Assembly: GCA_050575255.1 (NCBI GenBank)
Contig: JBNZDD010013727.1
Location: forward strand, 1,038,570 to 1,102,569
From: Harriotta raleighana
Taxonomy: Eukaryota
Direction of reading: 5' to 3'
DNA length: 64,000 nt
The position numbers and the translations under genes are program-made. Shown here piece by piece: positions 1-12,640 of this stretch (the first letter of the stretch is position 1; every line of letters starts with the position of its first letter). The notes under the pieces were generated by a model. The model ran no database searches. It saw only the letters and a program-made list of their open reading frames with translations, and had not been told where the DNA came from.

Positions 1-280
1 AGAATGCTTAACAATAGCGGAGGTTGATTTCGATCCAGCAAGGACGAGGTTAGTTCGAAAAGAAAAGTTTTCATTCGGGACTTGAAAGAGGGAGAGAGAA
101 TGCAAGGTAGAGGCATGGAGGAAGAGTGTAATGGCTGAAAGCGTGACTTCCGATGGTGGGGCAGAGGGTGCAAGGAACGAGCAGGAGGATGGTGTCATTC
201 GAGTGGAGCTACCAGATGGTGGATTGGAAGTGAGGATGTCGGAGCAGTAGGCAGAGATTGAATGGAACAGCACAGGTATG
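1..280 (-). mobile_element. Degenerate L2-type LINE 3' fragment
   Basis: Similar by eye to other L2 3' fragments in the window (e.g. 6520-6800). Boundaries approximate. Confidence 0.45.
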
Positions 281-581
281 ATTTCTAGTCCTTACACAGA
301 GTGCTCACGAGCTTTGCGGTGGCTTAGCAGTTTATTAGTAAACCACTGCCATTCATTATGTATATCCTGTAAATAAATTCAGTTCTTAACTTTAAATGTA
401 CCTACAGATAGAAATAAATGTTACTGCTTAGAATAAGAGGACATGTTACTTCAGTAGAGCCCTTGAAAATGATGATCCGAGAATCTGGCTGTGGTGCTTT
501 TTGTGTAAGTACTTTTTGATGTATGTGTGTGAACTGTTGCAGTAACTTATTGTCCCCTTGATACATTAACAGGTTACTTAC

Positions 582-787
582 CTTGCCAGGAAGTCAGTGA
601 ATGATAGTCGAACAGGGTAACCGTGGCGAAACATCCTCACCATCTCTAGAACACCAACATACTGCAGCTGAGCCGATACGTAGAAGTTGTCAAAAGTCTC
701 TGCTTGTTTGGAAGTGTTGGGTTTGATACAATGTACAAAGTGAGGAGTGGCATTCTGCAGCTTTCCCATAAAATCACTAATGGAGCT
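582..787 (-). CDS. MYO16: MYO16 exon, 206 nt ([24 protein letters not shown]...[30 protein letters not shown])
   Basis: PHFVxCIKPN and GVLE...GYPVR motifs. Boundaries ctgtag| and AG|gtaagt. The gene continues beyond the window start. Confidence 0.96.
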
Positions 788-1892
788 CTACAGTGACAAG
801 AGAAATCCAGTTAACCCATTGCCTTTCTTCTATCTTTAGATTCTAAAAGTCTTTTAGTTAAAAATACATTCATTTCATTATCCATTTCTGCAAACAGCAA
901 TTTGAAATTCAAGGAATACTATAGTATTTGACTTCTAGAAATAATTAAGATTGTCCAAATGGCACGTTCACAAATGAGGAATCACATTAAATTGTGAAAA
1001 ATTCACAACAAAGAACACAACGTCTTATTCCGTGATAACAAGCAATTATTTTTCTTCTATTATTGGTTGCTTAATGTCAATTGATGCAGTTAAGGAAAAT
1101 CCCTCTGTTTCAGAAAATGATGCTTCGTGTATTTTACTTTAATTGGGTGTCCTTCAAGATATAATATTTGGAAATAATGGGATAAAAAATGCAATCTTTT
1201 GTAACAGATTCAACAATTATGGAAAGTATTATGAAATTGCTTATGATGTGCCACAACTGTTCATCTATTCCTACAAATGCACACCTCCAGAGTCAGAATA
1301 ATTGATTTCCATTTTGGCTCCCAAAGATGGGATTGGCTTTCAATATGCTACGAATAAGTAACTGATTTAAAATGAGCTCAGAGTGGGAGGGGGGAAGAGT
1401 GGCTGGGAGGAGTGGGAAAAGTCAGTTCTGCTACAAACCAGCAACCAAGATAATACCAAACACTTTTGCAAAAAGGCCTTGAACCAAATCATTATGCTGA
1501 AATCGGGGGTGGGAGGTGGAGGTGATTGGGAAAATAATGTTTCATAAGACATTGAATAACACATTCAATAATTAACAAATCAGTTAAAAAACTATTGTTC
1601 TGGCAATGCAGAAAGCAATCATCATATTTCTGAATATCAAAACCAACCTTAATTCCATGCAACACAATTACATTTTTACAACACCATTCATGTTAGAAGG
1701 ATGTCCCAAGTCTCTGGACAATTAAGGGTTCACACCCAAGCTGGGGGATGGAATCAAGAGGTGTTGATTGTGGACATTTCCATGTATCCCACCTACACAT
1801 GTAAATTTCAGAGATGATTTTATTGGAATGGAATGTGCATTCACACTCTGGAGGGACACGCCTGTTTACCTAATTCTGGAAAGCATTTGTAA

Positions 1893-2531
1893 ACTTTTAC
1901 AGCACAAAAGGAGGCCATTCAGCCCATTGAGTCTGTGCCAGCTCTTTGAAAAGAGCTATTCAAAATCAATCCCACTCCCCGGCTCTCTCCCCATAACCCC
2001 GTCCTCCCCAAATAACTATTCACCTCACTTTTAAAAGTTGTTATCGAATCGGCCTCCACCACCCTTTCAGGCAATGCATTCCAGATTCAAAATACACGCT
2101 GCATGAAAATATTTCTCCCCTTCTCCCCTCAGCTTCTTTTAGAAACTATTTTAAATCTATGATTCTGAGTCACTGATAGGCCCACCAGTCGAAATTGTTT
2201 TTCTCTATTTACCCTATCGAAGCCCCTCATGATTTTGAAAACCTCTATTAGGTCTCTTCATAACCTTCTCTGCTACAATGAGAATAATCCTAGCCTCTCT
2301 AGCCTTTCCTCATAACCAAAGTCCCTCGATCCAAGTAAATTAAATCTCCTCTGAAACCTTTCCATTGCCTTAACATCCTTCCGAAAGTTTGGTGCTCAGA
2401 ACTGAATTCAGCACACTAGCTGAGGCCTAACTAGTTTTACACAGGTTAATCATAAATTTCTGACTTTTGTACTCTAATGCCCCTATTTATAAAGCCTAGT
2501 ATCCCGTATGCTTTTTTAACAGCCTTATCTA
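1893..2531 (-). mobile_element. CR1-type LINE 3' fragment
   Basis: CR1 3' UTR (ggaggccattcagccc...) followed by a degenerate RT C-terminal region on the minus strand. Confidence 0.75.
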
Positions 2532-2723
2532 CCATTGGACGCAGGTTGCCAAGAGCCAAGGCTTGGGGACCTAAAAATGTGTTTTGGGGTACTGCTGGAG
2601 ACAGTCCGTCCATCCCACCCACCAACTGACCAACAGACTAACACAACATAGTTTCTGATTGAGAGCACTGTCTGGCAAGCTTTCACGCAGATTGTCGAGC
2701 AAGGAGCACCATATCTTTTAGAG

Positions 2724-3065
2724 CAGTGGTTCCCAAACTCGGATCCCGACCCAAATCAGGGTCACGGGGTCCTGAGTAGGGTTCCAAAGGGTCATCAGAA
2801 ATTTTTGTTGTTGATTTTTATAACCTTGAAAATGCTTTTTTAATGCTAAAAAAAAGTGCCCGATGCGACACCACCAATCAATTTGTGTTCACAAAAGAGA
2901 CGGAGATAATGTTTTGGCTGAGCTTCGCTTCAGTCACAATATCGCCCCCTAGGGGTGGGAGCACCTGTTGGAGGCTAATTTGAGTCACAGCAAAAGAAAG
3001 TTTGGGTCGTGTGGACCTGCTGGTGGTTAATTTGGCTCGCAGCAAAAAAAGGTTGGGAGCCAATG
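2724..3065. mobile_element. Non-autonomous hAT (Charlie-like) MITE
   Basis: TIRs CAGTGGTTCCCAAAC / GGTTGGGAGCCAATG. 8-bp target-site duplication ttttagag / ctttagag. Confidence 0.85.
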
Positions 3066-3353
3066 CTTTAGAGCTTTGGCTTGCAGGGTTAATGGGAGCT
3101 GAGTGGAACTGTCATTAATTCATGCACACTGAGTCAAAAATAAGGAAACAACAGCAACAACAAAATTACATTTATAGAGCGCGTTTCACGTCAGGAGGAC
3201 GCTCCAAGGCCATGTAATAAATGCTGGAGATTATTCTATGATATGCCTGGAAACTGCTCATAGAAATCCTCGAGACAATATTAACAAGTCCTGAAAGAAA
3301 TTGTCAAAATTAGGCCCCAATTTACAATTTACTTTCATTTCACAGTTGCTTAC

Positions 3354-3434
3354 CCTGAGCTGAGCAGCCAGTGTTACCGGCCCACCACGCTCCAGGCGCT
3401 GAAGGAATGTTGTTACTCCCTTCTTTTTGAGAAA
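3354..3434 (-). CDS. MYO16: MYO16 exon, 81 nt ([27 protein letters not shown])
   Basis: [20 protein letters not shown] matches MYO16. AAG-type acceptor (ttctaag|), donor AGG|gtaagc. Confidence 0.92.
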
Positions 3435-3962
3435 CTTAGAAAAAGGAAATAAAAGAATCCAAATCAGGACAAGTTATGGTCAATTTGAAAAACATTAGCT
3501 CCGAAGTGAAAAAGGTGACATGTGATGTGATTATTATTACCACCGATAATCAGAACATCCCCCCCAAATTGTGGTCAAACCAATTGATAATTTTTGACTG
3601 GTTCGAGGAAGTGAGCAGCCCCTGACTTCAGCACAATGGTTTGGACTTTAGCCAGCTAATGCGTTCAGTGCTGCTTCCTGAAATAATGAGTTTAGATTCA
3701 AAAGTCAGCATCTCAGTTAAATGTAATTGTGAAACACGTCGAAAAGAAACCTCACAATACAAATGTACATAAACACACATATGCCTTTGATGATGGGAGG
3801 ATGTCCTACAGTGCTAATATTCACCTCATGCATGTATTTAGTATTCAGTTCATGATTAACATATTTTGTTCAGTCTACGTATTTTGTTAAGAGAGCTCAG
3901 TTGCCACTATCTAATCAGGGAGGGGTTGGGGATTATTTTGTACCAAATGATGTGCTAATTAC

Positions 3963-4141
3963 CTTGCTGTTGAGATCCAGAATTTTCTTTGGTCCTAATG
4001 CTCTTGAAGCAGAAGAGATGCTCTGAGACAGTAGCATTGCCTTGGAGCCTTTAAGGCTCAGACGATGATAAGGCGGAACAAGGGAACCCGTTTGCGTCAA
4101 TTTTGCTTGAAAGAGCTGATGTACAACAATGTTTTCACTGG
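3963..4141 (-). CDS. MYO16: MYO16 exon, 179 nt (ASENIVVHQLFQAKLTQTGSLVPPYHRLSLKGSKAMLLSQSISSASRALGPKKILDLNSK)
   Basis: SEN.V..LFQ.KL.QTGSLV typical of MYO16 (extended loop 2). Boundaries tgacag| and AAG|gtaatt. Confidence 0.93.
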
Positions 4142-4704
4142 CTGTCAATTGAAAAGAAAAATTGATTTTGTTAATTATGTATTTTTTAAAAATCACGAAT
4201 TCCAAAGTTATTTTAAAGGATATAGAGGTATTCATTCTAAAATTGTCAAAACATTCTATATTGTAGACCAAGATCTAAAGGCATTTCTCCAAATAAATTG
4301 GTGTAGTACTAACAATGTGCTCAGGTATCTACAAGGTAAGACTTTTCTGCACAAGATGAGGAAACCCATTCATATTTCCCTTTTTCAGAAGCACTTAAAA
4401 AAATCACTGAAGCACAATTTTTATATTAGAAATTTGTACATTCAGTATTAGAAACTAACATGGAAAGAAAATTTGTTGATGTGCATTTATATATAGACTT
4501 TCCTAATGTAAGAGTGCATTGTCTACAAAAACAATCAATATCCTTGACAGCAATTAATGTAAAGTGCTTTAAGGCACTATAAAAATGCAAGTCCTTTCAA
4601 TCACACTGCAAAAGTTGCTACTGGTTGGTCACCAGAAGGTGAAAAGACAATAAAGATTTACTATTTTCCATGGTCTTCACTTTTACAAGAATGTATATAG
4701 TTAC

Positions 4705-4780
4705 CTTTCATAACAAAAAGCAGGTTTTGAGAGAGTGAATCTTTGTTCTTTTCAATTGCTCCCATCAGATCATAAGTTAC
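4705..4780 (-). CDS. MYO16: MYO16 exon, 76 nt ([25 protein letters not shown])
   Basis: V.Y...EKNKD motif. Boundaries ctacag|GTA and G|gtaact. Confidence 0.95.
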
Positions 4781-4869
4781 CTGTAGCAAGAACGAATATT
4801 ACATATAGTTTCAACATGTTTTCTTCATAGAAATTTATTTAAAATATGATTTTGTTCCTTCCTTTGAAT

Positions 4870-5230
4870 TGAGATTGCTTCAATCGCTTAGCAAGTTCAC
4901 TCGATTGTGCGGCCTTGAACAATCAACGTTACACAGCTTTATTGTCCATGTATGTGCCATTGAGCTGAAGATTCAACTGTGTGACAGACAACTGCAAGAA
5001 AACAATTTTGCTCACTTTCCAACAGTCACTACATTTAACAAAATTATTGTGATCTTTCTTTCGGATAGTTCGCGACACTCTGCAAAAAATCAACCTCTTT
5101 CATACTGAATTCTCCAAACACTTTCAAAACATTAAAGCACAGAAAATATAGTTTTCAATACAGTTGCATCTCCTTTACTGTAGTGGCAGACAATTTACCC
5201 CCATCACTTTAAAGTGGAGATTTTCTATTT
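4870..5230 (+). mobile_element. Decayed hAT (Charlie/Buster, GTF2IRD2-like) transposase remnant
   Basis: Translation HVCAIELKIQLCDRQLQENNFAHFPT resembles the recalled 'HVKAFxxKLxLWxxQLxxxNxxHFPT' segment of Charlie-type transposases. Confidence 0.5.
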
Positions 5231-6354
5231 TTCATTTGTCAAGATTTTTTGAAAATATCCTAGACACACCTTTTCTAAACATGTATTGTTCCAAATAGCA
5301 CCCATTTATAAGAACAACTGTTCCCATATTATTCAGATTTTCAAAATGGATGCTTTAAAACCAAATGATTCCAGATGTTGATTCAGGGACTGAAATTCTA
5401 TGGTTTGCAAGAGATGGACTTGCAAAATGGACAAGGAGTATAAATATCTCTCAGTATATCCACAACAACAACAACAAAATTACACTTCTAGAGAGCTTTT
5501 CAACAAGAATTAAACACATTTAAAAAAAAATTAAAACAATAACAAGATCATTTTTCCAGATGGTTCACAACATTCTACAAATTCCATACAGCATACAGAT
5601 ATTAAGGGACTTGAAATTATTCTCTACGTAAATTAAAACTTGTACATCAGAAAATCTTTTGAAGTCTGACAGATTCATCAATTAGTCTGTACTAGACAAT
5701 ACTGATTGTTTTGTCTGCAAAATCACTACAAAGAGGGAAAAAAATTGAAAGCTTCCCCATTGATTAATCTATCTTCCTTGTCTTTGTCTGGAATTAAAGA
5801 TTCAGTTTCCGAGATCACAGCAGACTTTGGCTGTTTCCCAAATGCATTCCAGTGGCAGAGGTTAGATGACAGTTGAGAAGGCTATTTCTGACACATATAC
5901 TGATGAAAGGATGAAAACAAATTGATCTGAACTAAAAGGCCATTATGCAAACGGATATTAAGAATCCGGAGACCAATCTCATGGCCTGATTTCCCCATTG
6001 TATGATAATAGCTTAGAATGGGTAATTCCAATTGTATCAGTCTACATCAAACAGGTTACTGTCCTATCTCCAGGTTATAGAAACTAATATACCTCCAAAG
6101 ACTTCCACTAATGTGCATTGTTTGTTACTTGGATGATAATACTGGACAGCAGTCCTTTAAAACCAATAGAGATATGCAGAAGTAGATGCAGATACCTTCA
6201 ACAAATTATAAAGTTAACTATTCTACTATACTTATACTTTGACCAATTAGTAGCATATTTTCAACAGAATATGTGGTCAGGTTCAAAATATTTTTAACTC
6301 CGGTAAGTTTGATGTGTATTCTGTTTCAGCACTGGAAGTTTTTTTTAGAAGCTA

Positions 6355-6805
6355 CAACAAAAATAACAACAACAAAATTACATTTGCTGAATTCCTTTCA
6401 CATCAGGAGGATGTCCCAAGACAGTCAATGGTTCAGACCCGAGCAGGGGTCAGTATGGGGGGGTTTGATGGAAAGAAGGGGATTTTGGGTGACAAATGTC
6501 AGCATCAAAGAGGAAGGTCTTGAGACAAGACTTGAAGGAGCTTAGGGAGGGGATGAGGCAGAGAGACTGTAGGATGGAATTCCAGAGATATGGGACAGAG
6601 CGGCTGAAGGCTTGCCCGCTGATGGTGGGGTGGATAGGTCCTGGGATGTGGAGAAGGCCGGAGCCTCCTGAACGGATGGGGCAAGCAGGTTGGTGGAGAT
6701 TTAGGAGCTTGCAGAGGTAGGGTGGGGTAAGGCCATGGAGGCTTTGAAGGTGAGGACCAGGATCTTGAATTGAATCCTCTGGGTGATGGGGAGCCAGTGG
6801 AGTCG
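6355..6805 (-). mobile_element. L2-type LINE 3' fragment
   Basis: (TTG)n tail plus the conserved 3' stem-loop. Minus-strand translation ...SLHGLTPPYL...AFSRSVPYLWNSI..SLSSFKSCLKTFLF. Confidence 0.85.
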
Positions 6806-8434
6806 ATACTCTGAGTATTGCAAAACTATTGGATTCAACAATTCTTACACTTTTCTGCAGTACTTGCAATACAAACACATTCCCTTTGTCCGCCACATGT
6901 TTCTGCTTGAAGGATTTACCCCTTGATCTCTTGCTACAAACTGTGCTGATTTTCTTAAAAATAGTTGGATACTTAAAAGTAAATGGTCAGTTAACCATAA
7001 GGTCAATGATAAGAAGGGCAGGAAGTACAAAAGGACAATGGGAGTAAGACAAGTGTGTCAGCACCTTTGAGTCCTCCTGATCTGAAAGGCACTGAACAGG
7101 TGTAATTTTGTTGTTGTTGTTGTTGTGTGGTTTAGCGTGGTAGATTTATTGACTCTGGTAGATTTATAGTAGAATATTTTGTATTGACAAATAAAGAATC
7201 TTTTAACACATCCTTGATTTGGATCCAGTTGTATTATCAACAACTTAGATTGATATATTATTATCATCACCAGAGCAGAAGAAAGATGCATTTTGTAACT
7301 AACTAATCAGCCATTGCTCCCAACAACAAGATATTACATGTCAGGAAACTTTCATGTCAGGAAGATGTCCCAAGGCTCGCTGGCATTTTGGAAATGAAAC
7401 ATTTTTTAGATCTAAAACATCACACAACCTGCTTGTATTTAACAGAACATACTTTGCAGCCTCCTCTGTTCTCACTCTACTGTTTTTTTTTACAAGTTCT
7501 CTATGGGCTGAAGATTGTAGAGCACATTTAGTTCTTTATTTAAGAACGAGGTTCAAACTTGATTTATCACCCCCACACACCACCAAACAAAATTGAATAA
7601 ATGATAAAAATATAATGCTTAATGACAGATTGAATGCAATGTTTTTCACATCAAATCCATTCTTAAACATTGCTGTTTCCACCCATTCTTAAAGATTGGC
7701 TAGCTGAACACCCTTTTGACTTCCACACATGGTTTGCTCCAGTTTGCATTTTGAAAAAAATATTTGGGAAAGCCAAAGTGACTACAGTATTTAAATGCTG
7801 GAGGTGGCATTTGAGTGCTGCTTCAAAGGATGAGTTAAGTCTTGACAGCACTCAAGTGACAATCCCCATAATTGTGACAATTGTCAGGCCTAACCATTAC
7901 GCTGAGCCTGAGGCAGTTACTTCACCTTCACTTTTAAAGCTGAATTAAAGGAGTATTGCAACAAGGAATTATTTTTTCCATTGTATAGTACAACAAAATA
8001 CAACAAAATAACATGAGTAAAACGTCTTTCATGTTTGGAAGACGTCCCAAGGCGCTGAGTTTCAGTAGTTTAAATTTAGTAGTTTCAGGCTACTTAAGAG
8101 TCTCCAAATCAAGCTGAGATTTTCATTCTACCACTAGGATCAGGCAGCAGGTTTAATGGTTCCGATGGCCAGCTCAATTGCTGCAGGAGGAGATGAAGAA
8201 ACTTGGAAGGAGGTGTTGCTTCGTTGTAGCAAAAGATTGAGACATCATCAGGAGTGGATGGTTAAAACAACACTCTGTATTTTTCAACTCTTTTTAGAGA
8301 GAGGAAAATTTCATCTCATCAGATTGTGGCTAGATTCCAACCAAGGTACCAATAGTGAAAGACTAGTCTCCAACCCAAACTACCCAGACTTTATTTCTGT
8401 ATTTTCTAATATAGAATATTTTCAAAATGCTGAG

Positions 8435-9925
8435 GAACTAAGAACTGTGGAGAAGCAAAGGGATTTGGGTGTTCCACATTTACAAATCACTAAAAACAAG
8501 CAGGTACAAAATGTTATCAAAAAGACAAATGTGATGTTGGTCTTTATCTGATGAGGGTTGGAATATCAAAGAGACCCAATCCAGTGCACTGAATTCAGTT
8601 TCAGGGCTCCACACTTCAGGAAGGATATATTGGTTCTGGACCGGGAGCAGTGCAGATTTACCAGAATGATACCAGGGCTTAGAGTGTCACAAGGATCAAT
8701 GCTTGGGCCTCAGCTATTTACAATTTACATCAATGATCTAGACGAGGACATTGAATGTAAAGTGTCTAAATTCGCGGATGGTACTAAACTAGGTTGGAGA
8801 GTGAGCTCTGAGAATGATGCAAAAAGATTGCAACAAGATATAGATAGGCTAGGGGAGTGGGCAAGTAGATGGAATTTAATGTTGGCAAGTGTGAAATTAT
8901 TCACCTAGGTAGCAAAAATAAAAGAATAGATTATTTTCTAGAGGGGGAGAGGTTAGATAGTGTTAGTATTCAAAGGGATTTGGGTATCCTTGTACATCAG
9001 TCTCAAAAAGTTAGTTTACTGGTGCAGCAAGCAACTAAGGAGGGGAATGGCATGCTAGTGTTCATTTCAAAAGGTTTAGAGTACAAGAGTAGGGAAGTCT
9101 TGCTGCAACTNNNNNNNNNNNNNNNNNNNNNNNNNNNNNNNNNNNNNNNNNNNNNNNNCTGCAACTGTATAGGGCTTTGGTGAGACCACACCTAGAGTAT
9201 TGTGTGCAGTTTTTATCTCCTTATTTAAAAAAGGACACACTTGCCTTAGAGGGGGTGCAGCGTAGATTCACTAGGTTAGTTCCTGGGATGAGGATAGGTT
9301 GAATAAAATAGGGCTGTATTCTCTACAGTACAGAAGAATTAGGGGGGATTTCAATCTTATTGAAACATATAAGATTCTTAAAGGGCTGGATAAAGTAGAC
9401 ACTGAGGGACTGTTTCCCCTGGTAGGAGAATCTATAACCAGGGGTCACACTGTTTCCCCTGGTAGGAGAATCTATAACCAGGGGTCACGGTCTAAAATTA
9501 AGGGTCAGCCTTTTAGAACAGAGTTGAGGAAACATTTCTTCACTCAGAGGGTAGTGAATTTATGGAATTCACTACCTCAGAAGGCTGTGGATTCTCAGTC
9601 CTTGAACATTTTCAAGGCTGTGAGTGATAGATTTTTTTTAAAAATAGAGGTTTAGGGGATACGGGGACAGGGCAGTTAATTAGAGTTTGGTCAGAAGATT
9701 AGCCATGATCTTATTGAATGGCGGGGCAGGCTCGAGGGGCTGAATGGCCTACTCCTGCTCCTAATTCTTATGTTCTTAAAGAATAGGTTGCATAACCTTA
9801 GTCTGTATTCCCTTAATTTAGGAGTTTGAGGGGTGCTCTGATTGAGGTTTTTAATAAAGGGATCAGTAGGGAAGAAACAGAAACTATTTCCTCTGGTGTG
9901 GAAGACCAGAAGAAGGGGCATATTA
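8435..9925 (+). mobile_element. Nested CR1 LINEs: a younger RT-3' fragment (about 8682-9778) inserted in an older CR1
   Basis: QGSMLGPQLFTIYINDL...SKFADGTKLG RT motifs and a 3' tail ending ttcttatgttctta. The older copy resumes after 9780. 48-N gap at 9111-9158. Confidence 0.88.
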
Positions 9926-10010
9926 TTATTATGGGTTTATGAAAGGGAAAAAGATGGAGACACAAATTGTCCAAGGAACTGATGCACCTATTCGTGGTAG
10001 GAAAGTATTA

Positions 10011-10913
10011 CAGTAATACCTTGTTTATCCTTGATTCGAATAATCGGAAAACCCATTCAACCGCCATCTCAAAAAAAAGTCCCAATCTGATTAACCGGAA
10101 GTTATCCGGTGACGCGTTGAATGTCGGGTCTAAACTCGTTCCGGTCCTTTTAATAGTCGCGTTTTTTATTTTACCTCGTTCAGATGGATGAGTGCCTGTC
10201 GTTGGGAAGGTAAGTACTGTGTACATAATAAATACTGCTGCAGGTAGCGGCCAGAGAGACAAGGAGGGAGGGAGGGAGGTGTCGGGGGGGGTGGGGGGGC
10301 GGTAAGTGAGGGGAGGAAACGGAGAGAGGGGGAGGAGGGAGAAATGGAGAGAAAGAGAGAGGGAGGGGGAATGAGATATGGGGAAAGGGAGAGATAGGGG
10401 AAAGCATAATGGGGTGAGATAAAGAGAGAGAGATAGAGATAGGGGAAAGCATAATGGAGTGAGAGAGAGAGAGAAATAGCAGCAGGTTGCTGCAGAGCGA
10501 GAGAGCGAGGGAGAGAGAGGAAAGGGACGGAGGTGGGGGGGAACAGAATTTATATGATGGATTCAGACTGAATATCTTTGAGGGTCTGTGTGTGTGTCTG
10601 TCTGTCTGTGTGTGTCTGTTTGTGTGTGTGTGCTGGCTGTTGGGTCTAAACTTGTTGCTTTTAGAAGTCGCGATTTTTACCTCCCGTCGAATCAGTGCTG
10701 CAATTGCAAAGTTAAGTATAAATAATAATGTACTAATAGAATATTCTGTTATTATTTAGTCCATTATTAATATGGTATGTGTTAAAATAATTGTGATTTT
10801 TTTTGGAAAAAATTATATTTCTTAATTTAAAATAAATAAATCCGTTCAACCGGAAAAAATGTTTAACCGCCACTGGCCAGGTCCCGTGGTGACGGATAAA
10901 CAAGGTTTTACTG
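10011..10913. mobile_element. Tc1/mariner (pogo/Tigger-like) MITE, family A
   Basis: TIRs CAGTAA(T/A)ACCTTGTTTATCC, TA target duplication, internal GA and GT microsatellites. Confidence 0.88.
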
Positions 10914-12640
10914 TAGTACCAATGATGTGCTTGTGAAAAATAAAATACATTCCTAGTCAATAGGCCACTCGCTATAGTTGAGAGCATTAGAAGCTCATTG
11001 CAGTGAATGTCTAGCACTAAGAGAGAAATATGGTTAGAAATTTGAGTGGGAGGTGAAATCGCGGACTTTATGGGCCTTTGTTTCTGTTCTTTCCATTCTA
11101 TTATTCGATTAGTAGATTCCATTCTTACACGTGGGGCCACATGTAGGTGGTCTATGTTAATGACTTACAAGAAGAACCCATCCAGCAAAGACCATCCTCA
11201 TATGTATCAGATAAATAGTCAAATTGGGCCAATTAATACAATGCTTATTCACTCAAACTACGATTGGCAACATGATCATTGTGTTTCAATATCTAAATGA
11301 ATACTGATAGTTTAAACAAATCTTAAATAATAAGCTCATTGTTTTGGGAAATTGTTTGCCCATTTATATGATGTATAGTAAAAATAATAATGCATCTTGC
11401 ATTTGAAATAGTGCCTTATCAAGTCTTAGATTTCTGAAAGGTGAATGAATTGGCGGTTGCAGGAAGCCAAATTCTACAACAACAACAAAATTACATTTAT
11501 AGAGCGTCTTTCATGTCAGTAGGACATCCCAAGGCGCTGAACAGGTAGGTTGGGACCCGAGCAGGGGGGAAGAGTCCTGGGTAGGGGGAGGGGGAAGGAG
11601 AGTGGGAGAGGGGGAAGAGTCAGGGGNGTCTGTTTGTGTGTGTGTGCTGGCTGTTGGGTCTAAACTTGTTGCTTTTAGAAGTCGCGATTTTTACCTCCCG
11701 TCGAATCAGTGCTGCAATTGCAAAGTTAAGTATAAATAATAATGTACTAATAGAATATTCTGTTATTATTTAGTCCATTATTAATATGGTATGTGTTAAA
11801 ATAATTGTGATTTTTTTTGGAAAAAATTATATTTCTTAATTTAAAATAAATAAATCCGTTCAACCGGAAAAAATGTTTAACCGCCACTGGCCAGGTCCCG
11901 TGGTGACGGATAAACAAGGTTTTACTGTAGTACCAATGATGTGCTTGTGAAAAATAAAATACATTCCTAGTCAATAGGCCACTCGCTATAGTTGAGAGCA
12001 TTAGAAGCTCATTGCAGTGAATGTCTAGCACTAAGAGAGAAATATGGTTAGAAATTTGAGTGGGAGGTGAAATCGGGGACTTTATGGGCCTTTGTTTCTG
12101 TTCTTTCCATTCTATTATTCGATTAGTAGATTCCATTCTTACACATGGGGCCACATGTAGGTGGTCTATGTTAATGATTTACAAGAAGAACCCATCCAGC
12201 AAAGACCATCCTCATATGTATCAGATAAATAGTAAAATTGGGCCAATTAATACAATGCTTATTCACTCAAACTACGATTGGCAACATGATCATTGTGTTT
12301 CAATATCTAAATGAATACTGATAGTTTAAACAAATCTTAAATAATAAGCTCATTGTTTTGGGAAATTGTTTGCCCATTTATATGATGTATAGTAAAAATA
12401 ATAATGCATCTTGCATTTGAAATAGTGCCTTATCAAGTCTTAGATTTCTGAAAGGTGAATGAATTGGCGGTTGCAGGAAGCCAAATTCTACAACAACAAC
12501 AAAATTACATTTATAGAGCGTCTTTCATGTCAGTAGGACATCCCAAGGCGCTGAACAGGTAGGTTGGGACCCGAGCAGGGGGGAAGAGTCCTGGGTAGGG
12601 GGAGGGGGAAGGAGAGTGGGAGAGGGGGAAGAGTCAGGGG
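10614..12640. repeat. 1013-bp near-identical tandem duplicate (10614-11626 / 11628-12640) joined by a single N; probable assembly artefact
   Basis: Offset 1014 bp, only a few substitutions, N at 11627. Confidence 0.85.

Larger units (their letters stand above)
1785..3110 (+). repeat. Unclassified ancient dispersed repeat, interrupted by a CR1 fragment and a hAT MITE
   Basis: Segments 1785-1890, 2532-2723 and 3066-3110 align collinearly with the reverse complement of about 60250-60530. Confidence 0.6.

Noticed and set aside
4065-4451. 128-aa plus-strand ORF antisense to a MYO16 exon
   Set aside because: AT-rich, no recognisable domain or splice structure, and consistent with a chance ORF.
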